From Azolla caroliniana (lineage: Eukaryota > Plantae > Polypodiophyta): DNA of 64,000 bases. The DNA lies in NCBI GenBank assembly GCA_043228905.1, contig JBHGNT010000012.1, forward strand, positions 10,664,001 to 10,728,000, written 5' to 3'. Shown here piece after piece: positions 39,089 through 50,731 of the stretch. Position numbers and translations under genes: made by a program. Each line of letters starts with the position of its first letter. Position 1 is the stretch's first letter. The notes under the pieces were generated by a model. That model was not told the DNA's origin. It was given only the letters and a program-made list of their open reading frames with translations, and did not search any database.

Positions 39089-39254
39089 CCTTTCACACAA
39101 TTTGGTAGTGAAGGGGGGTGCTTGCGTTTGTTATAATCTATTGTGAGTGCACAGTAACTATATCACCATTGACAGACACCCAACAAAACAAGAAGAGGAA
39201 CAAGGCCATCATGAATGATGAGAGCCCACAAGAGCATCCCAAAATTGCACCCAC

Positions 39255-39256
<2 letters not shown>

Positions 39257-39288
<32 letters not shown>
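39257..39288. repeat. (GA)n microsatellite upstream of the P450
   Basis: Direct observation. Confidence 0.9.
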
Positions 39289-39290
<2 letters not shown>

Positions 39291-39691
39291 ATGAAGAGAC
39301 ATTTCTTCTGAATGAATAAATGTACAGAGTAAAGCCAACAGTGCTATTAACATCACCTACTGAACCCCACATCCCAAAATAAAATAAGTCGGCTGTCAAT
39401 TCAGAGTCTAAATCATAAGAAAAAAGAATGGACGTGGAACCATCATGAAACGAGAAAGACTTTCAAGGCATACACATTGAAAAGTCTCCTAACCAAAAAC
39501 TACAACCTTCTAATTAGATAAACACTACGTAATAAATCAAAAGCACGTAATCCGAATCAACCATACAACCACCGCCCAGCCCACAAACAGTGACGAGATT
39601 TGATGAGCAAGCTAATAGGAAGTAATAGCCAATATTGTTACATCCGTTAGGTATACCTAAAATAAAGAACCTTGGAAGTACAAACGATTCA

Positions 39692-42600
39692 CTTATTGGA
39701 AAAATACTCAACCTTACCGATGTTGCTCTCATATTTACAACAAGTAAAATGCAATTTAAAAGAAAAGCAACGTGCGAGAGGCTTGTATTTCTACCAACAT
39801 AATACAACTTCTTGGTCACAGAAGTGGGATAGGGTTAATAGAGAGTTCTTCAGTCAATTTAAACAGAAGTATAAAACGTTATCTATCAAAACTCTAAAAC
39901 GACTTGATGGCTCTTACACAATGGATGATTCGGAGATGCGAGACATAGCTATGACATATTAGTTGTTATCAACCAAATCCTTCTCAGAGGAAGATCTTAA
40001 TAAGAGATAACTTGTACTAGACACAGTACAACAGAAGGTCGCTCATGTAATGGCTTCCCAGTTGCTTCAACCATTTACAGACACTGAAGTCTAGACAACG
40101 GCTAAATCCTTGGGTAAATATGTGTGTCCTGGAAAGGATGCCATAAGAGTGGTATTCTATTTGCACTACTAGGACTTGTTGGGGCCTATTCTTACTAGAG
40201 CAGTTAATTTAATTTTCTCAACAAGGAATATGCCCGATCAATAGATGGAAGGAATCATATACATGATTCCGAAATCAGATGCTCAACGTAATGAAATATC
40301 AAAATGGCATCCAATAACTTTGCTTAACAACATCTATAAAATAGTAGCAAAAACTATAGCTAATAGAATGCGGTCGTTGCTTCCCTCGATTATATATGAT
40401 ACACAATCAGGATTCCTTCAAGATAGAAGCATCTTTGACAATGTCTTCCTTTTTTGGGAGATGATTGCATTGGCTCAACATCAAAAACAATCCCTTGCTA
40501 TACTATTATTTAACTTTTAGAAAGCATATGAAAAAGTAGATTGGGACTTTCTGGAGGCAGTTCCATTAAGACTAGGGTTTCCAAGTGCATGGATAAAAGG
40601 TATGTCTATATTATATAGACATGTGTCTAGCTCAATTCTATTTTCTGGAGGGAATGGTACATTATTTCCAATTTCCAAATTTGTTCGACAAGGTTGTCCA
40701 TTAGCACCATTTCTTTTTTATTTTATTTGGGGAAGCTTTTTCATCTTTTCTTAGATCCTCAATGACGGCCATCCAAGCAATAGCCTTACCTATTGCAAAC
40801 TCGACAGGTCTTGATGCTGAGTTTGCAGATGACACTGCTCTTTATATTCGCGGAAATGTTGTTAATCTTGATCGGGTACAGAATGCTTTCTAGATATTTT
40901 TAGATGCTACTAGAGCCTCTCTCAATTGGAATAAATCTGTAGGCCTTTGGGCCAGTGATGAACCGCGTCCAGAATGGTATCCAGGCCTTGCATTCCGTTG
41001 GCTAAATCATGTGGAGCTGATTCGTTACTTAGGTTGTCTTGTTGGTATAGATTTACCATCTGAAGTGATGCTATCACCATTGCTATTATCAAGTAAGCGT
41101 AAGTTGGTATATTGGGACTCGCAACAGTTATCCCTTGCAAGTCGGGTTGTCATTGCAAACTCGGTGATATTGGCATCAGTGTGGTTTATCGCATTTGCTT
41201 GGTTGTTCTCTAGGTCAGCAATCATGAAAGTTCAAAGCCTCATACGTAACTTCCTTTGGGGTGGAAAAAATGAATCTCCTGCAGTGGCCAAGGTGGCATT
41301 GGATGTTTTGATTAGGCCAAAAAGTCAGTGAGGGTTGGCTCTAATAGATCCCTTGATACAATCTCGAGCTCTCTTGACAAAGTTTATAGTCAGAGGACTG
41401 TTGCTAGGGATAGAGGCATGGAAGGGTATGCTGCTTAATCAGCTAATGCAATTATCTCCCAACACGGGAGGAAACTGGTTGTCTTCTTTGAAATGGATGT
41501 TCTTGACAGATATTCAGACACCGAGATGGAATCTAACATCCAATAGATTTCTACTAGGGATCATCAGAGCATGGGATGCAATCAAGATTTTTTTACGCAA
41601 GGAGATGCCTAACACATGGGATGGTTGGATGAATCAACTGCTTTTGGCTAATTCTCTCGTTCGGGATTCTATTGGAAATATATTGGGCCTTAGACCTCGT
41701 CTTGCATGGGGAAAACTTAACAATGGGCCAACAACATCAGTAGGATCCTGGATTCATTTTCAGCAGATGCCTGAAATGGATCACCTTAAGCAATTACACT
41801 CGATATATGGGGCGAAGACAATGAGAATGGATATTTCAGGAGCCTTCTCTCAGGCCTCATCGCGACTTCGGCCAATGCAGGAGCATATGTGGTTTGGTTG
41901 CCTTACAAATGGCATGATGCTCTTTGTTAAAGGAATTTCTACAGACGAGTGTATGTTTTATTTCCATATTCAACAGGATAATAAATTGCAGCCTTATACA
42001 CCCTCTGATAATTTGCTACAAAACCTGCTTGTTGTTCCAGTTAGGGTGATTGCCAAAACTGGTAAGAAATGACTCTTGGATCCACAACCGTCAATAGCCC
42101 ATTTGTCAGATATGCTTTGCTTATATGCACGACAACCAATTAATAGGCTAATGTGGGACCCAAGGGGGTGGTCGTGGACTAGTCCCATGATGGATCCAAT
42201 GCAAAAAGTTCTGTTCTTTCAATATACTGTGAAATTTGGTAGAACCTTACTCATGTCTAAGAATATTCCAACTCTTGCGGCTCAAAAGCACTGGAATAAG
42301 TGGGGTGTATCAAGCAATCATTTGAAGAATTATTGGAAATGGATTTGGTCTTTTAGGGGACCAACAAAATACACTCTCTTCGTATGGCTTTTACTACATG
42401 CAGCACTACCAATAGGTCAGTCTTTGAAAGGAAACGTGGTACCCGTTTTTAAACAATATAATTATTGTGGTGACTTGCAGGAAACTACCAAGCATGCTCT
42501 TTGGTCCTGTTCACTAGCCCAACAGGTATGGAATAAAGTTCTTTCTTTATTCTTGACAATTAATGCAGGTTGCCTATTCTCCTAGGGATCAACGGTATGG

Positions 42601-43110
42601 GGGGTTTTCCATTCAAGTCTCTTATTGTATGAGGCAGATGATGCTCTAGAGGCTAAGACAGTCGTCAACAGGCATCTAATACTGTCTCCCCTTTTCGACA
42701 ACCTTGAAAGCAAATGTGTGCAACCCATGTATGGAAAACAATACCCACGGTTACATTATGGACCTTATGGAAGTATCAATGTAAAAGAAGATATGATTCC
42801 ATAATTCCCCTTCTCTCAGATATATTGCTAGAATTATGGGACAACTTATTGGCGATAGTGCGTGGGCAATATGACAATATGTCGGGCCCTTCAGAGGTTG
42901 TTCTTAAGAAAAGGAAAAAATTACTACAATTATGGAGGAAGTTGCCTCTATTCACAGTCTCCTCTCAAGGACCAATAAGGAAATATCATCATCCTTGGCC
43001 CTTCCCTTGATTATCCTTTTTGTATATAACACTCTCTAATTGTACAGTTTCTAGCCTTATGACATTTTTTCATAATACTAATGAAGGAAATCATTTTGGA
43101 AAAAAGAGAG
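39692..43110 (+). mobile_element. 5'-truncated degenerate L1-clade LINE (RT and zf-RVT)
   Basis: WHPITLLNNIYK, QSGFLQDRSI, RQGCPLAP, FADD; 14-bp TSD GTACAAACGATTCA at 39678-39691 and 43111-43124. Confidence 0.92.
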
Positions 43111-43507
43111 GTACAAACGATTCAATTAGTGTTGACATTCCAATGATTCCTATTTAATAGGAGCCTATTTTCCTCGAGGGGGCTGACCCCAATTTTGGGA
43201 GTTAGCAATACTTATGGCACTTATGTAATTGTTGGAAATAAGGACCAATAAGGAAATATCATCATCCTTGGCCCTTCCCTTGATTATCCTTTTTGTATAT
43301 AACACTCTCTAATTGTACAGTTTCTAGCCTTATGACGTTTTTTCTTAATACTAATGAAGGAAATCATTTTGGAAAAAAGAGAGGTACAAACGATTCAATT
43401 AGTGTTGACATTCCAATGATTCCTATTTAATAGGAGCCTATTTTCCTCGAGGGGGCTGACCCCAATTTTGGGAGTTAGCAATACTTATGGCACTTATGTA
43501 ATTGTTG
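42967..43507 (+). repeat. 268-bp tandem duplication (42967-43234 and 43240-43507)
   Basis: Near-identical copies separated by GAAAT; includes LINE 3' end, TSD and flank. Confidence 0.95.
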
Positions 43508-43508
43508 C

Positions 43509-46500
43509 TGTTTAGGAACACGGTCCGCGGTCAGTCCTTTGACCTAGACCTCAAGTGGGTGTGGAACAACAAACAGGTTTATAAGCGTAATGCATAAGGG
43601 TAGAACCCCTGTAACCTATCAACGTATAAGGGAAGACAACTACAACCGAATCCCTATTAAGGGTTACACTTACGTACTACAATGCTTAAGTATTCAAGAC
43701 ACCCACACTGAACTAGCCGTAGCTATACACAGAAAATCAGAGAAGATAATATTCTATTATAAGGCGTTTCTTTACATTCCCCAAAATTACACGCACCTCC
43801 ATCAGAGGTTTTCTGCCCTTTATATATGCAGGGTCTAATTAGCCGTTCACGCTTCCTGCGTGAACCAATACATGCGTTATGCTCTTATATAATTTCTTAC
43901 TCCTACGCTTTTATCCGTCGGTTACTATTCCGGCGGACAACACTTGGCACGCCTATGGGACAGTGCCTTTGCACGTCGGACCCATCCCTTAGTCTTCTTC
44001 CAAAATGGCCCGGATGTTTGGCTCTGTTGTGGTGTCCTCGTCCGGAGGTGATGTAGGGCCCGTAGGTGCATCGTGGTGTGGCTCCTCTGTTTGGTCGGGC
44101 TGGTTTCTCTCGGAGTCGTCGTTGCCATGTGTGGGTGGTCCGGGTATGGTGGGCTCTTCTTGAGTTAGTGGGTTGGGCTCCGCCGTTGTCGTGCTTGCAG
44201 TCGGCTGCGACTCTGCCTCCATTGTTACGTCCTCCGTGGTGTTGGCCGTTTTTGTATGTTCCTGGGAGTGGGGCGGAGATTCCGCCTGGTCCGCACCGTT
44301 CTCCGCGTGGTCTGATGATAGTGTGGGCTCGTGCGGCTGGACCTCTTGTTGGGTAGTGGTTTCGTTGTCTGGTTCTGTGGGGAACTCCGCTCGTCGGTCC
44401 CCGCTATTCTCCCTCGTTGTCATCTCTGGTGATCGAGCTTGAGGTTCCTCTTCTTCGGTTGGGGCCGGAATTGGTGACGTGCTGGATTCCTCGTTTGTGC
44501 GCATGTTGCCGGCTTGCGTGATCTGGTGAAATGGCTCCTCCTGACTTTCACCAAAATCATCCAAGAGCTGTGCGAGTTCTTCGGAGTGTTGGTCTGCTAG
44601 CGCACGATAGTCTTGCGCTAGGTCCTCTCGTACGGTCGCAATGCTCTCCTCATTTAGTTTATAGAAACCTCGACCGTCATTTCGCCGGTTCTCCCAATCC
44701 ATATGATACGCGTGCAATTCTGCTGCTTGGGTTACCCACACCATCCATCCTTTGTCCAACACCATTTTCAATTGCGTTGTGAACCTCTCCCGATTTGTTT
44801 GGAGAAGGATCCACACGTTATCTGTGATGGCCTGGCAACGGTTGCGTGCGTCTTCCATCGACTTCTGGAGATTTGCAATTTCTTGCTGTTTAACGACTGC
44901 CGCTTCCTCATACGTGGCCTTCAGGCCCGCCCACAGCTGGGATTCCTTTGCATGTTGTTCTTCTAATTTCCCCATCTCGTTGTTTAGGCGGATTTCGAGC
45001 TGATGCCTTTTGTCTTGTTCGACCACCAACTGCTCATTGAACCATACCTTCTTTTTTTCTAATAAGGCCCGAAGTCCTGCTATTGCCGCCTCCGATTTCT
45101 TCGTGTCCTCTCGTAATTGTGCGCTGTCGTCCTTTGTCCGGATGTGCTGAGCTACCTCCGTAGCTAGTTTCTCTTCAAGAGTTTTTACTGCTTTCCGTCT
45201 TTTAGCCCGTATCTCCTTTTCTCTGTCTGAGGATTGGCGTAGTTCTGCTCAAAGACGGTCAATTTCGGATTCTGCAAGTTGCACGACCCTTTTTGCTTTT
45301 GAGGCGATGGCGGTCTGAGCCTCATTTTCTTCTTTTAGAGCGTCGATGACATGGTTCGGTGGCGGGGTTGCGTGTTGCGCTGTAGTTGCGTGAGCTTCCA
45401 ACTCCACGATGCGTGCGTTGGCTTTTTGCAGTTCGACTTCGGTCAGTTTAACCTTCTTCTAGACATTCTTATTTTTTATGGCCATCTCCTTCACGCCCGT
45501 GCTGACCTTTGCCAATTCCCGATGGACTTCGACTAGGGCCGTGTTTAAGGGCGGTATCTCCATCCCCACTCGCCGTACCCCGGTGTTCCTCTGTCTGCCG
45601 ACCCTGGCTAGCCAGTCCTCATCGTCGCTCTCCGTTGTTTGTATTAGGGCGCGCTTGATAATCTGGCGTTCCCCATGCTCCTCGGCCATTCGTTGGGCGG
45701 CTTTGACCTGTTGTGTTGCTAGGAACTCCATGAGCTCAAAAGAAGTACCGAACTGCAAGAGGGCGCTGAACTCGTGGGCCGTATTCGGGATATCCGGATA
45801 TGCCAAAACCTCGCTTTCCGCCGTCAATACGGCTTTCCCTCGTTGGGACTGAGTCGTAATAATCGGCCGTGGCTCCCAGATGATTTTGAAGGTGGTATTC
45901 GGTTCCGATACTGCGGCGCCTTCGCCTTCGGTCGGTGTCTCCGTTGCCGTGGGGGCATTTTTTACCAACCCTTGCCCATCTTTCATGTCCAATCTGCGCC
46001 GTTTTGGTCTGGGGCTTTCCTGCCGTGTTTCGGTGTCTGGTTCTGGGGCTGCTTCCCTGGAGCGTCTCGGCTATTCCTCTTGCGTTGTCCGTGTGTCCGG
46101 CAGGTCGGTAGGAGGTGTTGTCCTTGGGTCTGGCTGGGCCAGTTGGGGTTCCTCTTCCCACTCTGGGGCCGATAACTCTACTAACCTGCGTTTTGCGGAT
46201 CGGGGCGGGGCCGTGGGTTGGCTGGGCTGCGGTGCTGGCAGGCCTCGGGGTGGAAATAGTACCGTAAGGTATTGTTGGATGATCGGCCTGAGCTTTTTGC
46301 CTGCTTGGTACGCATGCAAGCCTTCCCTTAATGCTGGCCCTGTGATGACCCCCCAGTCGACGGCACGCCCTTCAAAGGTATCGATAACGATGCCCGCTTT
46401 CTGCTTAGGCATCCCATATGCGTTGACATGTACGCAACCGATTTCTAGCAGGAACTTGACAACTTCACGGAAGAAGGGATCCGGAATCTGTTTTGTTCTA

Positions 46501-49500
46501 TAGGCCTTGGTGGAGGAGGAATATGGCCCAAAATACCGCCGCAACGCCTTTGCAGGAGGTATTTCAAAATGTCTTTCACCTAGTGAGGATAGGTCCAACT
46601 TCTTCCGGATGGAAGAGTTGGTGACCATGTCGATGTTAAGCCTCTTGGCGATGTCCATTGCGTCCGGGTGTGGAGGTGCTTCTGCGACCCGGATGTAACC
46701 ATCCAGGCGTTTCTCCACGAGCCATCGGCGTAGGACAATAGAGATGAAGATCGGCATCGCCAGAGTAGGTTCGTGGGGAAGAGACGGGTGGTTGTGGTGA
46801 GTTGGAGCTCTGAGATAGGATGGGGAAGAAGGTGAGGAGGAGGAGCGATGGGAGCGCGGATAGCTAGAAGATGGGTTTCTGCTTTGTGCAGAAAATCTTT
46901 TGTTTCCTTCTTTTTGTGGCTTAGGGTTCATTGGGCGGTAAGCCATCGTGGTGCCGCGTGTTCTTGAACTAGGAGTTTGTGCATGCCTTTAGTCGTTTTA
47001 ATAGTCCCTATCTTCTCTTCTTTTTTTTTTCTTTTTTTTTTGTAATGGTTATTTACCACCTATTTTTACATTATAGTACAAATGGGGCTGTCCATTTTAC
47101 GCTGCGGGTTCCCCGGCTCTGTCCCGTTCGGCGATGAATGGGTTAGGTGGTGTAGGGCCCAGGTAAGGTTTGAGCCGAAATCCATTCACCTTTTGCCGTA
47201 ATTCTTCTCCAGCCAGCGTTCCTAGTTGGAACGTGCCTTGTTCCGCTCCAATTATCCAATATGGGCCGGTCCAACGGAAACGTAACTTCCCCGGCATATG
47301 GCCCATGCGCGTTTGAAAAACTAGCACTGCTCGGCCCACGACGAACTCCTTTTCCCTTGCGTTCCGATGTCAATCCACAAACGCTTTACGCCATCATTGT
47401 TCCTATTCCAACACAGCCATGCTGTGGACGTGTTTTTCCCCTAGTTCGAGGAGTTGGTAGAGCCGTACCTCCTCCAACTTGGCTTTTGATAATCGGTTTC
47501 GTACCTGAATGCGCAAACTAGGTACCTGAAATTCGATCGACATCATAGCCTCCAGTCCAAACGCTAGTCGGAATGGTGTTGACTGTATGCTTGTTTTGTA
47601 ACTAGTTCTATACGCCCATAATGCACTCTGTAGTTTGGTATCCCAGTCCGTTCTATTTTCATTGATGGTTTTCTTCAAAATGGTCTGTAATGTCTTGATC
47701 GTGGATTCTGCTAATCCATTCGCCTGTGGATAATATGGCGTGCTCTTCTTGTGGACTACGGTGTAATGATGTGTTAGTTCCCAAACCACCGTATTGAGAA
47801 AGTGACTCCCCTGGTCACTGATGAGCTAAATCGGACAGCCGAATCAGAACCAGATGTGCTCGTAAAGGAATTTGGCTGTGACGGCCGCCGTATTTTCACG
47901 TAGTGCCTTTGCTTCTACCCATTTGGTGCAGTAATCTGTGGCTACCAATATGTATTTGTTGCCCGTACGGGCCGCCGCTTGTGTGAAGGGCCCTACAAAA
48001 TCCAATCCCCACTTTTGGAAGGGGTCTAGCGATAATACGGGTTGGTGTGGCATCCTTGCGTCCTCCATGGGCCGACCCATCCGCTGACACAAATCACACT
48101 TTCTACAATACTCAGATGCGTCCTTCTGCATTGTTGGCCACCATAAGCCCGCCTACCATACTTTCCGGGCTGTCACGTCACCCGCGTAATGGCCGCCTGC
48201 TGTGCCGCAGTGTGCCTCTCGTAAAACTGCTTCCTTCTCATCCTGACAGACCCCACGTCGCCAAATGCCATCACTTCCTTTATGATATAAAACGCCTTCG
48301 ACGAGGCAGAAGTGACGGCTTCGGACGGCTAGTCGTTTCTTCTCGTCCGTGCGTAATTGTGGTGGAGGCAGTCCTGTAGTTAAAAACTACGTCATTTCCA
48401 TAAGCCATCGGTCCGGAAAGGTGGATTCCGTTTTTTTTGCAAGTGTCGCTACTCGCAAGATGTCGGCGTCCGGAAAATCGTCATCGTCTTTCTGTACTGT
48501 TTCTCCATTCTCAAGTTTGCTGAAAAAATCCGCCACTGTATGTTGCGTTCTTGGTCGGTGCTAAATTACGAAATCGAATTCCTGGAGCAGCAGCATCCAC
48601 CGCACCAATTTCCCTGTCAGGGCTTGTTTCTCTTCCAAATACAATAATGGCGAATGATCCACATAGAATGTGAATTTCCTTCCTAATAAATAGTGTCGGA
48701 ATTTATTGATGCTATATATCATCCCTAGCGCCTCCCGCTTAGTTGTGGAATAGTTACGCTATGCTACTGACAATTTACGACTCGCGTAGTATACTGGCCT
48801 GTACCAGTTTGGTTCGGTGAGCTGCATTAGTGCGCTTCCTATTGCTATGTCCGAGGCATCGACGAACACGTGGAATGGCTTTGCCCAAACTGGTGGTTGT
48901 ACGACGAGAGCCTGTGTGAGCATTATCTTAAGTGCCTCATAGGCCTTATCCTCCGTTGCAGTCCATTGGAAAGGAGTCTGATGTACGACAGCGTGTAGCG
49001 GCGTGGCGAAGTCCACCAAATACCGTATCATCCGACTATGCCACCATATTTGTCCTAAAAACCGGCTAAGCGATTTGGCGTTTGTCGGAGTTTTGGCTTG
49101 CGTAATCGCAGAGATCTTGTTTGGGTCGACCGCTATTCCCTCTTTGCTGACTATGTGGCCTAGGAGAGTCCCGCTGGTCACGCCGAAGGCACATTTCGCA
49201 GGATTCAGGCTTAAGCGTGCGGTGCGGCAACGTTCCAGGCACAGTCGTAAGTGTGTAAAATGGTCTATTGTTTCCCCATATACCGCAAAGTCGTCTAGAA
49301 AAACTTGCATGAACGCCGGAATGTATTCACCAAAGATCTCTGTAATCGTTCGTTGAAATGTTGCCGGCGCTGTCTTTAGCCCGAACATCATGGTGACTTC
49401 CACATAGACTCCCCAGTCCGTGACAAACACGGTCTTCTCCTGGTCCTCGGGGTGCATGCGTACTTGGTTATAGCCACTGAAGCCATCTAAGAAACTGTAC

Positions 49501-50730
49501 ATCTCATGGCCTGCGACGACGTGCAACACGCTATCGGTGAAGGGTAAGGGAAATGCATCCGTAATGGTTATGACGTTTAATTTCGGGTAATCTATGCATA
49601 CCCGTATTTTTCCGTTTTTCTTTGGGACGACCACTATCGAGCTTAGCCATGTCGCTTGTTTAACTGGTCGTATGAACCCCGCCTTCAGGAGCTTGTCAAT
49701 TTCTTCTTTCACGCGGGTCGCGTAAATGGGGTTCATGCGGTAGCGGCGCTGCGGGACGGGTTTCGCATCAATTGCTAAATTGATCTTATGCTGATAGAAC
49801 TTGGGATCTAACCCCTTCATGTCCTCGTGAGCCCAAGCGAACACATCTTTATATTCCGTGAGTAGTGAGATCATCGTGATTCTCTGGTCCGGCCTTAATT
49901 CCTTTGCGATGGAGAGGAACCGGGGCTCCGATTCCGTACCCACATTTACTTCTTCGAGAGCAGAAGCGGTGACTCGTCGTGAAATCTCCATTTCCCTTTC
50001 GAATGCCACCCGTGCTCTGCTGAGTTCCAATATGGACTCTGGGTTTGGTTCGTAAGGCTCGTCGTGGGGAACAGTGACCGTGGCATATTCTGCCGCGGTT
50101 GCTATGACATCTATTTCGAACAGCGGAATAATTCGAGGGTGTTCGTCGGGGTACGCCTCCAATTCTGGATCCTCCACCCCAGCCAGCATATTTATGTCCT
50201 CCGCGTATAACGGTGTTATACCCTTAGCTTGCGGCGTGCTGCCTTCCGCAGGTACGCAAACCTTGGTGCGTCCATGCCGGAAACTGATACACTCGTGTTG
50301 CCAGCTCTGCTTGATATTTGCTGTCCGAAGCCATGGTCTGCCCAGAAGCATTGGGTACGCTCTTGGGGCCTCCAAAGAGAGGACGACTGCCGAGATGTCG
50401 AAGCGGTGTCCGCCCACGATGATGCCTATTTTGCGAATTAACCCCAACGGGTATTTGCCATGCGGAGCCAGAATGGACACGCCTCCCATTCGGAAATGCC
50501 TAATTGCTCACAAGTTTTCGCGCTAATTACATTGACGCCTGAGCACCGTGGATTACGCATCCAAGAACTTCCTATCCGTGCAATATTACTGTAATAGCCG
50601 GGTTGTGCTGATCCACCACCGGTGGTCCATCACTGACGTCTGTTAGGTTTGTGGCGACACTTGCCCCGGGTATGCCCGTCGCCTGTGCTTCCATGGTCTG
50701 GCGGAAGCGTAAAAGGGCTGGATAGAGGGC
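43509..50730 (-). mobile_element. Athila/Tat-like non-chromovirus Ty3/gypsy element A, 5' end lost. pol ~50720-47097, extra ORF 46946-43989, 3' LTR 43509-43942
   Basis: [57 protein letters not shown]; LTR TGTT..AACA with TATATAAA on the minus strand. Confidence 0.92.
43989..46946 (-). pseudogene. Extra ORF (~985 codons, a few stops): globular N-domain + long coiled coil + conserved C-domain, function unknown
   Basis: Co-linear ORFs 46071-46946, 45459-45992, 43989-45029; homologous to 59616-61935, 54731-55205 and 62815-63660. Confidence 0.8.
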
Positions 50731-50731
50731 T

